Positions 12,083 through 23,429 of a stretch of 64,000 nt of DNA are shown here, piece by piece. The translations under genes and the position numbers were made by a program. Source of the DNA: Vitrella brassicaformis CCMP3155 (Eukaryota; Protista; Chromerida). Below the pieces are notes generated by a model. The model was not told the DNA's origin and searched no databases. It saw only the letters and a program-made list of their open reading frames with translations. The stretch covers positions 4,411 to 68,410 of the forward strand of contig CDMY01000480.1 of NCBI GenBank assembly GCA_001179505.1, read 5' to 3'. Within the stretch, counting starts at the first letter, position 1, and every line of letters begins with the position of its first letter.

Positions 12083-14417
12083 TCAGAAGTGCGATAGGTG
12101 GTGGCCTGAGCCCGAGAAGAGGTCGAAGTTGCCCTGTGGGAGGATGGCCTTGGGGTCGCCGGTGGAGGTCTTGCCCACCATGCCGGGGATCTTGCCCTCC
12201 CGCTTCAACTCCTCGAAGTGCTCGTTGTACGTCTGAACGATCAAACGATCAAACCACCAAACCACCAGACAGACAGACACACCAACAAACAGGGGAAACA
12301 AGGCAGGCGACACGTGGTCGATATATGGGGTGGGGTGTCGCCTTGCAACTGACCCTGACACCGCCTGGGATTGCCTTGAGCCACGGCTCTTCGTCCGTCT
12401 CGTCCTGCACTCACACGTACGTCAACACACACAATACAATAGAATCCGACGCCTTGGAGGGGGTGGCTGGGTGGGTGTGAAGTGAGCGGCGTGGGAATGT
12501 CCGTGTGCGTACGTCGTCGTCGGGTATGGCGATGGGTCTGTTGGGCGAGACGCCGGTGGGCGCGGGTGAGTTCTTCTTGGGCTTGACCGGCTTGCCGTCC
12601 AAGCGGACCCCCGTACCACCAAACAACACCTGACACACACACACCAACGACACGCACAGAGAGTCTTCGCTCTCTGTCTGTCTGTCCGTCCGTCTGTCTC
12701 TCTGTTGGTGTGCAGGGCTGCTTACATCCTCCTTTTTGGCGGGCGGCGCCTCCCCGCCACCATTCGACCCAGCTGCACACCCCACACCACCCACACACAG
12801 CCAGAAGGACGTCAGAGAGCTTGCATTGGGTTGGATAGATGAGCAAGACCATCAAACCCAACGTGGAAAAAGTGTGTGTGTCACCCATCCATCGCGCGGA
12901 CCGAATGGGTCGAGTGAGGGCACGGGCGACGGGGTGGGGGGAGGAGAGGGCTCCTGCAGACATGATGGGACGGACAGGGGACAGGCCAGCCTGTGCGTGT
13001 GCGTGCGTCATTCACTGTAAGTCTCATTGTGTGGTGTGGGTGTGTGACCATCTCTCTCCTTCCCTCCCACTGAGTGGGTCTCACTCTCACTCACCACATA
13101 GTCCTTGGGCGGGGCGAAGTCGACCTCCACGTCCGTCTCGATGATCGAGATCGAGTTCGACGGACGGCATTCCTGACACGATACACGTGAGCGTCGGTAT
13201 GGTATGTGTGTGGCCGGCCGTTTGTGTGGCGGGCGCTTCATTGACTGACCACAATCTCTATTTCGTATTTCTTCTGGTTGTAGTGGATGACGATGTTGTC
13301 GCCAACCGTCAAGGTCGCGTACAGACGCAGCGACGCCTCCAACCTGACACACAACACACAAGACAAACAAATGACATACACAGATTAGATGACACACATC
13401 ACATCACATGCATCCCATTCCTCTCTCTCTCTGTGTGTCTTCATGTGTGTGGCCACGTGTGTGTGTTGCTCTGCTCACACGGCCTTTGGGTTTGAGATGT
13501 CCAGGAACTCCTTTGAGACGGGCTGCAGCTTGACATACCTGCCCTTGGGCAGGGTCGTGTTGGTCACACGCACTATGTCGCCCTCCTTCAACAGCAGGTT
13601 CTGCATCATCTGCACACGCACACACACGCATCCGCCATACACACACACGCCCTGCCGTTGGTGCACCAATTGCACTGTGTTGTGTTGTGTTGTGTAGCTA
13701 CCCAGTAGGGCATGTAGCAGGTCCCCTCCTCGGCCGAGAACTCCTGCACGCCGCCACACGTGTGACGACCCTACACCGCACCAAGCAAAGCAATGCAACG
13801 CAAACCAGCCAGTCAGTCAGTCAGTCATCACACCCACCCACAGCTCGTCGCAATGAGTTGAGTGGCCTGCTGTGCGTGTCCTGTGTCCTCCTCCTGACTG
13901 ACCTTCTCAGCATTGTGCAGCTCGAACAGCATCGGCCAAGTGATGTTCAAACGGGCTGAGTGAGGAACGATTACAACAACACACACACACACACACCCCT
14001 CCACGACAAACCAATGTGTGTGGGTTATGCCTCAACCCCTCCCTACCAAGATGGTCCAGCGCCGAAGGAGGCAGCAGGACTGCACCACACACACACACAC
14101 ACGCCCGCACCAATACGCCAGTGCATTCCATTCTAGGCGTCCACACATCCTGACGATATGCTGTAGGTGTAGCTCAGCTGGATGTCTGCGTCTGTCTGTG
14201 TGTGTGTTGGTTAAAGTACTGACTTTTGTTGCCCTTTTCGAGATCCTCTTTGCTGGCGAACGTGACAGGGAAGCACGTGTAGTGCTCGTCGAACCGGCTG
14301 GCCACCGGTCCGTTGTGGAAGAACCCCTGGGCCGCCTGGGCGGCCAGACGTCCAAGACCCAGCTGCAGTTCGGACCACACAGGGAGGGAGTGAGCGCGTG
14401 ACGAAACCACCAGCCAT
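12083..14417 (-). CDS. UFD1: Ubiquitin fusion degradation protein 1 (Cdc48/p97 cofactor)
   Basis: Spliced protein contains [80 protein letters not shown] and [16 protein letters not shown], plus a C-terminal [11 protein letters not shown]-like box. ATG 14417, TGA 12083. Confidence 0.93.
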
Positions 14418-15092
14418 GGAGTGACATGTGTGGCTGAGTGCCTACCATTGCTTCTGACGAACTCCAATCTGCAGCGAAAACACCGACACGCTCCCAAGAG
14501 GTCGCAGGGTTCCAAACCCTGGGCTTGGAACCCTGTTCGTTCTTTCTTTTGAGTTTGAACGAAAAGTGAGTGGCATCAACGGATGGATGCGCCATGTGAC
14601 GCGTGACAGAGACAGGCAGTTTCACATCGACCCTGCTGGACCGTTCCACCACATGGACGTCAGTGCAAGACAATTTGCAGGTGCCAGTGGGTAGAGTGAC
14701 AACAAATGGCCTGCCTACTTAGGAGCCGGTATCTGTCTCTGTCAACCTGACCCACACTTCCATCCATCCAGCCATTGTACTATCCGCCCAGATCGGATCG
14801 TCCCTCACCCACCATTGAACACACAAGAGATGCAATCCAATCAATGGCGGCACGGCAACACAACAAAAAGACAGACCCACAAGGCAAGTCAGCCGCAAAC
14901 AAACAGGGGCAGGCTAGGCTCCGCCACGTCTGTCTGCCATTTGCCCACATCATTCATCACCTCTCACCACTTACACACACCCGTGCGGACAAACAGGCGG
15001 GCGGCAAGCAAGGAACCATCGGCCATATGGAAACCGCTCGGCTCTTGTGCCTCTCTCGCTCCCCTATCTCCCATATATGCTCGGTCGGTCAT

Positions 15093-15244
15093 TTACTTGG
15101 CCTTGGCCTCTTGCTCTTCGACCGGCTCGAACTTGGGATGTCGCCAGCCGTGCCGCTCCAGCGAGACTATCACGTCCCGCACCAAAGACAGATTCGCACT
15201 CATGTCATACTTGCTGCACACTGCACACACACACACACACACAC

Positions 15245-15280
<36 letters not shown>

Positions 15281-15762
15281 GAGATGTGTGTGGCTGAGAT
15301 GCGTGAGTGTGTGTGTGTCTGTTTGTCTGTCTGTGTGTGGTGCACTCACTGTGCTGACCGTCTTTGAGGTCTTCATAGACGAGTTGGTCGACGGGGTAGT
15401 TTTCCGGCACGACCTCTGCCTTCTCCTCCTCCTCCTTGCCAGAGAACCGCGGGTCCCACTCGGGATGCTTCGTCAACAGCTTACGCAGCAAAGTCTCGTC
15501 TACACACACACACACACAGCCACACACCGACACACAGACAGACAATGCAGCATCACTGCACGTGTGTGTGTGTGGATCTCGGCAGTGGTTGTGTTGTGTT
15601 GTGCTGACCTTCCTGATGGAAGTAGATGTTCTCCTCTGCCGACCCCTTATCCTTGATGATCTCTGTGGCCTGCCGCACACCGCCTACAGCGGCCGGCAGC
15701 CGCCTCGCCGCCGCCTGACCGCCTCGCGCAAACAGAAGACCCACTGAACGCGACAACATCAC
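15093..15762 (-). CDS. Mitochondrial ATP synthase inhibitor IF1-like protein
   Basis: Arg/Ala-rich presequence (MLSRSVGLLFARGGQAAARRL), then KGSAEENIYFHQE|DETLLRKLL, resembling the IF1 inhibitory segment (AEEerYF...e.L..L). Three exons, TAA at 15093. Confidence 0.7.
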
Positions 15763-15943
15763 TGCCTGGACAGCCGCGGAAAACGCTTCGCATCTGCAAG
15801 CTCACAAGCTCTCGGGAAAAACAACAGCGTTTCGGTGTGTAGAGTCTCTTATCGGGACCCTCCGTTGGCTGACGGGACGGTCTGTCTTCTGAATCAGATC
15901 TATCTGTGTTGCAATCTGAGAGTTTGACGCCAGGTGTGGTTGA

Positions 15944-18868
15944 ATGATGGGCAACGACGGCGTGTCCAACGACCCGCCGCCGCCTTTGTCCTTCCACCCC
16001 AGCCTCCCTCACACACCAACCGGCCCGCAGGAGGCCCAGCAACAGACGGCAGACGGAGGACACATGCAGCACCAATACCACAACCACCAGCAGCAGCAGC
16101 AGCAGCAAGACCATCAGATGGCCGTGGAGGAGAGGGAGGGCGATGACGGCGATGTGTTCCTAGAGAAGTTGGGTCGGCAGGCGCACGACCTGCTGAGTTG
16201 CCTGGGGCACATCGGCGCGTTTGGGTCGGAGTCGACGCTGCGTCTGCTGCTGCTGCTGAAGAGGAGCCACCTGGTGGCCTCACAGCTGGTCAAGGGCTAC
16301 ACCCAGGAGAGCGGCCTCAACCCTTCTGCCCCACCTGACAAACCCTGCAGGTAGGTAGGGACACGCTGCACGTGATGTGGATCACACCTATGCTATGCTA
16401 TGCTATGCGTGTGTGCAGTGAGGCGTTCGCCACTCGAGTGGCCTTTGCGGCGTGCGATGGGCTGCGGCTGCTTTGCGCGGTAGTCCGGTGGCTCGAGTGG
16501 GTGGAGCGGCGGGCCACCGACCCTGACGACGACTACGCCATGGGGGACACTGAGATGGTGGACGGCGAGCAGCTGTGGCGAAAGATCCGGGAGGGCGTGG
16601 CGGGTGAGCGACAGACACTCCATGCCGTGGCATGCATCAGATACGATCCATGAGTTGTGTGTGTGTGTGTGTGTGTAGCCAAGAAGGCTGTTGCTCACGT
16701 GGATGACGTGGAGGCGTTCTGCCGTCCGATATTTAAGAGGCTGAGGAGCGGGCTATACGACGAGGCAACCGCAAAGGCGGCACACGTGCCGTCGCTGGAA
16801 GCCGCTCTCATCCGTAACACAAACCACACACACACACACACACACAGAGGTATGGTTTGTCGTCGGTGCCTCCCACTCACTGTGTGTGAGTGTGCAGAGT
16901 CGCGTGGGTGCGAGGATGCTGAGCTCGACCCGCCTCGCCTGTCCCGGGACACCCTCTCAGGGCTGCACGCCTTTGCCTTCCCCTTCGGCGGCCCCTCCTA
17001 CACTGACATGGACGAGAGCATCGAGACCTACGCCGGGGACGAGGCCGACTGCGCCCGAGACTGGGCCGCCACAGGCGACTGGCTCGACCTCACCCTCACC
17101 CTCCCATTCCCCCTGCAGGCCGGCGGGGCCCAGGTGCGGTCGGGCATCCGCACGATGTGCCGTGAGCTCGTCAGGAAAGGAGCAGCGGGGGGTTTGCGGC
17201 AGACGCAGGGTGGTGAGTGGGGCGTGTACGAGACGGGCGTCTTGGCGTACCTGTGTGGGGACTGGGAAGGCATGCTGCATGCGTGTGACAAGCTGAGGGA
17301 GAGGGAGGGGGAGGTCGGAGCTGGCAAGAAGCCATATGACGTGTTGTGGACGAGGCTCAGGGCTCTCAGGGTGGGGCGGGGTGGGTGAGAGAGGAGGGAG
17401 GTGCCATAGTGCACTCACTGCAGCACGGTGGCTGATCTGTCTGTCTGTCTGTCTTGGTGTGTGTGTTTTGTGTGTGTGCAGGACGAGACACTGGAGGCCC
17501 TGCTGACGAGAATACGGCACAAATATGGGGGTGCGCTCATTGGTATGCATGCACAGGGCAGACAGGGGAAGAAGCGACTGACTCACCCTCACACACACAC
17601 ACATTCTTCCCTCGTGCAGGCGAGCTGCCGCCGTCCACGATGATCTATCGGCAGGGGTCCCAACACGCCGCTCCGCCAGAGTCGTTGCTGATAGGCGGCT
17701 CCGATTTTGCTTTGTCCAACACGTGGGAGGTCTTCCACGCCGAGGTCACCAGCTTCGTCGCCATCCAAACACACCTCCATCTCATGGTAGCCTAGCCCAC
17801 CTCCCGCCCATCCACACACACACACACACACTCAAACCCACACAAAGATGAAGATAAAGATGGCCGCTCTCCGTCTCCCGTCGTTGCAGAGATTCGTTCA
17901 ATCGCTGTCTGGTTCTGAGGACGCCCAATTTGCGCAGCTGCAGTGCAGGGTCATCAACACGGAGATGCGACTGTTCGCCGAAGACAGGAGGGTCCGGGAG
18001 CTCTTCAAGCGCAGCCAGGCGGGGGGGCTTAGCGAAGTCGAGAGGAAGCTCGGGGAGGAGCTCTTCAATGACGACGTGGTGACCTTCTTCGCCAAACGGT
18101 CCATGCAGGAGGGCGGGGGCGCTGCTGCCCGGTGGGTGTGGGTGTGGGTGGGTGGGTGGGTGGGTGGGTTGGTGGGTGGGGGCACACACATGAGATGGGC
18201 AGACACATTGCATAATGGGGATGTGTGTGGGTGTTGTGTGTGTGCAGGGACGGTGACCTGTGTGGTGACGAGGGCAGCGAGCTGTCCAAGTGCCTGTACT
18301 TCCTGCAGCAGCACTATGAGAGCGGCCTCCCCGACATAGACCCCGACACACAGGAGCGCACTCGCAAGTAAGCCAGCCAGCCAGCCGGCCGGCTGGCTGG
18401 CCAGACGTTGGCTGCATGGGTGTGGTTTATGCCTGCGTGTGTCGTTGATGTTTGGTGCTGTGCTGTGTGGGCAGGTTGCGGGCCCGTTCGCTGATTCGGC
18501 GCATCGACCAGGACACGCCCTTTCTGGTTGTCAGCCTGCTGCACGAATTCGACCAAGACGCCAAAGTCAGGGAGGGAGAAACCATCCAGCCAGCACTGCT
18601 GCATCCATTAGTTAGTTGTGGTGTGTGCTGTGCTGTTGGCCCTGTCTGTCGTGACGACAGGTAGAGATGATGGTAGCTTTCTACACACGCGTCGGCGACC
18701 TCACCGGCTGGACGCACCCGAGTCACGACAACGTGCCCACCACCACATACCACGAGATTCTCGACTCGGTCGAGCAGCTGGTCTTCGACGTCAGGGAACA
18801 TCTCACGGTCAGTCAGCTGCTGATAGCCATGGGGTGGACTGACTGCACACATATGTGCTGACTGCCTG

Positions 18869-18902
<34 letters not shown>

Positions 18903-20695
18903 GTGCAGCTGTTAGTGCCCCTGGCCTGTGAGCTGGCGAGGAGCACGTTCAGCCACGTCACGAATGCACTGCGCGGCGACCGGGGGGCTGCCCCAAACCC
19001 AACACAACTCGCCAAGAGGTGCCACAGGAACCGCACAGAGAGACTGTGGATGATCAGAGTTTTCAACATCTCCCTCGTTGTGTTGTGTTGTGTTGTGTGT
19101 TGGTAGGGTGCAATGGGTCATCTATCGGCTGCAGTCCCTCTGCCGCATCGTCGAGAGCGCCTCACGCACAGGAGATCCCGCCACCGACCGCAGTATCCCT
19201 CTGCTCGCCATCTTGCCACTCCAGCCGCAGATAGACCCACCCCAAGCGCCCCCCACGCCATCCCAGGCGTCATGCTTCCTCCTCAACGGCCAGCTGCTCA
19301 TCGACGACGACGCCCCCCTCCCCCCCGAGCCCTACCTGGGTCCTCTCCTGGACGCTGCCCAACATGACACCGATCTGGCGTGGTACCTGGTCAAGACGAG
19401 CATGCTCACCGTGGTGTCGCATCTGTCGGTGCTGCTGGCATCGCTGGACCCCCTGCGCGCCGCAAAGGTCACCGAGAGCGGCCTGCTGCCCATCGGGGGC
19501 GAGAGGCCGCCGGCGATCGACGGCAGCTACCGCGACCGCCACTACGGCGACTCCCGGCTGAGCCAGCAAGGCGAGAGGGGTGCCGTCAAGCACCTGGAGG
19601 CCCTGTGGATGAGGAGACAGACGGCGGCCTTGATGAGCGAGGGCGTGTTTGTGCGGGCGGTGGGCGAGAGGGACGGCCTGGAGATGCAAGCAGGGGTGGA
19701 GGCAGCACAGGGCGACCCCCTGGCGGCTCAGGTGAATGCCGTGACGGTGCCGACGCGTCCAGTGCGTCAGTGGTGGGCGGTGCAGATGTACTGCAGCCTG
19801 ATGCGGCGGCTGGCGAATGTGCAGCAGGGGGTGGCGCAGTATGAAATGGCATTCGATCTCGACACGGCCAAGGTGGGGGAGGGGCAGGGGGGCCAGGTGG
19901 TGTGTGTGCCCTACCTACCTGCAGGAGCATCCTTCCTGCAGCGCAACAAAGTCAGCTCTCCAGCCACACACTCCATCGATGCACTGCACGAACGTATCTC
20001 ATTATTCACTCATGCCTCTGGTTGTGTTATGTCAGGTGTGGCGTCCGCAGTGGAGCAGTGTCGGCTACCCGTCCATCTGCCCTCCATCCGCACAGGCCCA
20101 GACGCAGCCACAGCTGCCGACACTCACCACTCGGGCAGCCGTCCCGCCCTCGATCACCTCCCTCAGGCAGGCCTACGACGACGACCTCACCCTCTCCCTC
20201 CTCGCCCTCCTCGACTCATCCATCCCACACAACAGCTTCCACTTCCCACTCCCCTCCCCCGCCCTCCCCTCCATCCCCTCCCTCTCCACATGGGCCGTCT
20301 ACGCCCTCATCCGAACCGCCATGGAGCTCGGCGTCAAAATCGCGCGACTCGAGGCCGCAGGCGTCCATGCGCCCGGGGACCTGGCGCGGTTCCGCCCCTT
20401 GCTGCCCTCGGCAATCGGGCGGCTTGATGGGCCGCCGACCAACGGTGGCGTCGGCGGTGTGGAGAGGGTGAGGCAGGGGAGGCAGGGGCTGCTGCGGCTG
20501 ATAGAGCACCTCAAGGCGTCCGTGTGGGCGTGGGCCGCCATGCGTGGTGGTGGCGGTGATAGTGATAGTGATGGTAGTAGCAGTAGTGTGATGTTGTCGG
20601 ATCTGCGTCTGCCTGTGGCTGAGCTGACATGTCTGATGGGCGGCGGCGGACTGCCGAGGGAGACGGGCGGGAGGGACAGTGCTATGATTGCGTGA
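15944..20695 (+). CDS. Nup107/Nup84-like nucleoporin (divergent)
   Basis: Multi-exon alpha-helical protein. VVRWLEWVE, ELDPP and YETGVLAYLCGDWEGMLHACD...PYDVLWTRLRA resemble, from memory and in the same order, the Nup107 motifs VVDWLESIA, LDPD and [21 protein letters not shown]...WEDTVWAYFR. Confidence 0.55.
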
Positions 20696-20832
20696 TGAAT
20701 CGGTTTTCGAGGGGAAAAATAGAATTTACGGCTCTGTGGCAAGCTCGCATTTTGCAAAGTCTGAGTCGGCACACCGAATAAGAGAACAGCTTCCAGCTCC
20801 CCATCCATTCATTCATCCATCGGTCAGGCGAA

Positions 20833-21287
20833 ATGAAGTCCGTCCAAGCCGTCGCCCTGGTCTTCCTCGGCCTCATCGCCCTCTCTCACTGCTTCCAGGT
20901 CAACCCTACATCGCCATCCTTGTTGCGGGCCCAGAGGACATCTGCACTATCGCGCGGCGACATCCAGAAGGGTGCCACTGCTCTCGGCGCCCTCGCGCCC
21001 CTTGCATCTCTCGTCGACCAGGCCTCAGCCTCATCGCTGGACGGCATCCCGACGGACCTGCTGGCTTATGACAGTGCCAGCTTCGGCGGCAATGCCCTCA
21101 CCATTGCAGGCTTGTTCGCCATCTTCATCATCATCCTTCTCCTGGCTCCCCCGGTGCGCTGCGCATGCATGGGACGAACAAACACGGATCCGACTTGTTC
21201 GTTCTTACACACTGTGTGTTTGTGTGTTTGGTTGGCTGATTGTGGTGGTGTGTGCAGCTCAAGGGCGAGCCTGGCGAGCAGATCTGA
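20833..21287 (+). CDS. Small nucleus-encoded plastid (probably thylakoid) single-pass membrane protein
   Basis: Exons 20833-21153 and 21258-21287. Signal peptide ending LSHC|F (Phe at +1), then a S/R-rich transit peptide, a hydrophobic segment ending QASA, and one TM helix (ALTIAGLFAIFIIILLLA) with tail PPLKGEPGEQI*. Confidence 0.75.
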
Positions 21288-21826
21288 GCGAAGATGTGAC
21301 TACTGCATGGGGTGTGGGCGAGTGCTGTTTTTGAGTGCTGGTTGGTTGGTGTGTCGTGCGTCAGCGCATTTGCGTTGTGGCTGAGGTGGCTGCTCATTCT
21401 TAGATAGATGCTGTGCGCGACGTGTGACATACATCTGTGATGATGGATGAAGGGGATTTTTCGGGACTCGCTCGGCTCGGTCGTTAATTGAATGAAACCC
21501 ACTCAGATCTTACACGCGTCAATCACATGCATCCTTTGTTGATGGTCACACTGCGCACCATCTTGCCGACTCGTTGACTACTGCCACTCCATTCAGCGTC
21601 GACTGGTTGTATGTCAGTCTCGACCAAATGACACGACAGGAAACAACGAACAGGCAAGACCATGCCTGCATCTGTCTGTCTGTCTATCGATCCCAACGCA
21701 CTATGCACAGATGGATCATACGAAGTTGACTGCAATGATTGCATTGCAATGCAGCACACCGGAGGGGTCTGTCTGTACAGCATCCCTGTCATCCTCACCT
21801 AGTCACACACACCGGGCCGTTTCATT

Positions 21827-23304
21827 TCACGCACCCTCCTCCCTCCGCAATGCACCTTCCACATCCGCCCGCTTCTCTCCTCTGGGTGCCTTGGAGGACA
21901 GTGCCGGTCTCCTTTGAGCCCTGTCAGCGGCCCTCTTGTCGCCTGCTTTCGGCCGGCCATATGGCTGACCGTCTGGCCCGCAGCCGCGTGTGGTCCTCGT
22001 GAAGCGAAAGCCCCCACGGATCATGTCGGTCACTATTTTGGCCGTGTTGCGGCTATCAACCAGACCTGACGACACAGTCATTGCTCTGTCTGGGGGGTCG
22101 TTGCTGCCCTTCCCTCCTACCTCCCTCCCCACGTGTGCCTGCAGTGAGTACCTGAGTGTGCCCGGCCCTCGAATGTGTAGCCGAGGCTCTCGACGACTCG
22201 CTGCAGGCCTCCGGTGGGCTCGCGCCTGTAGTGCTGCTTGAACAGCGCCTTGAGGTTGATCCACTTCCCTGCATGGAAATATAGAACACACACACGACGC
22301 TACGCGTGAGCTCTCTTTAAATCGTGGGAGTGGGTGGGTGTTTGGCCCTGGAGGGACGTACAGAAGTGCAGCGGTTTGGGGAGGCCCTTGCGCTCACACT
22401 CTCGATGCAGAGCCGACATCAAGTCGCTGTCGCCCCAACTGATAGATAGACACACACACGCACACACACATGAATATTCTATCCACTCATGGCCATGACT
22501 GAGCGCTGACAGCGGTTGCCCTTACATACGTGACGAATGCAAAGGAAGGATACTCTCCCTCCTTCCCTCTCTGCGGCTGCTGGTGGTCATGGGCATCAGC
22601 AGGCCCATCAGTGGGCTCAGGCAGCAAGCCGTGTGACGCCATCCACCGATGGTGCAGCCTGATGGCCTCGCTCAGCAGCACACCCCTGTCCACCATGGCC
22701 TGCGTGATGGCCGTCAGCTCCGTGCAGAACCTCGTGAGCTGCGGCCGCTCCTCAGGCCGGCAGTAGACTGCGCGGGGGGCGCCCAGACACATAAGTGACA
22801 ACAGCAACAAGATGCAGGCGGCAGAAGTGTCCCGTTCCTTTGTGTGTACCTTGGAACTCATCTACAATCTCGCATGGTGATGTCCGCACCAGCACCGAGG
22901 GGAACTCGATGATCTCCCCTGCGCCAAAGCCCGGACGATTGTCGCACGTCCTGAGAGAAGAGAGCAGTCAGTACATTGATGTAACCACTCGAAATCAAGA
23001 ACCATCCGCATGCTGACCACTCGAAATCAAGAACCTGAGAGCAGACAGGGACACGCACACTGTGTGTGGCGAGCGCAAGATCTCCCTCTCCCTCTCCCTC
23101 CCCATCCATGGCCTCTCGTGGTGTTGCCTTCTGCCTGCCTGCCTGCAGCCGCCCAACTCCCTCCCTGACCACGAGGTAGTCGAATGGCTTGGGCGGAAGA
23201 TCAAACGCTTTTCTCACTTTTCTCTTCGCTATGTCTTTCGAATTCGGTGCGTTAAGGAACGACCACGCGCCCTTTAGCGGCACACGTTTCTCGGCGTCAG
23301 CCAT
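21827..23304 (-). CDS. ERI1/ERI2/ERI3-family DEDDh 3'-5' exoribonuclease
   Basis: Spliced: DYLV|VLDFEW|TCDNRPGFGAGEIIEFPSV...QLTRFCTELTAITQAMVD...FAFVT|WGDSDL...WINLKALF...GYTFEGRAHSGLVDSRNTAKIV. All DEDDh residues are present. Confidence 0.9.
22984..23035. repeat. 20-bp direct repeat (ACCACTCGAAATCAAGAACC x2, period 32) duplicating a 17-nt micro-exon
   Basis: Identical copies at 22984-23003 and 23016-23035. The second copy contains the VLDFEW micro-exon 23018-23034 (minus strand). Confidence 0.95.
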
Positions 23305-23342
23305 CTGAAAGGACCGACCTTTGCCATCTGAGCTCGCATTTT

Positions 23343-23354
23343 TGCATGCATGCA
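23343..23354. promoter_or_regulatory. TGCATGCATGCA palindrome in the 125-bp divergent spacer between the ERI exonuclease and CCDC81-like genes
   Basis: The sequence is seen directly. TGCATGCA is a known ApiAP2-bound element in apicomplexans, but it also occurs in introns here. Confidence 0.3.
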
Positions 23355-23429
23355 ATGGGGCTGTGGGGGCGGTGATGAACAACTTGAAGCTGTAGCGCCC
23401 GGCTGCCCGCCTCCTTAGTTGGTCCAGCC

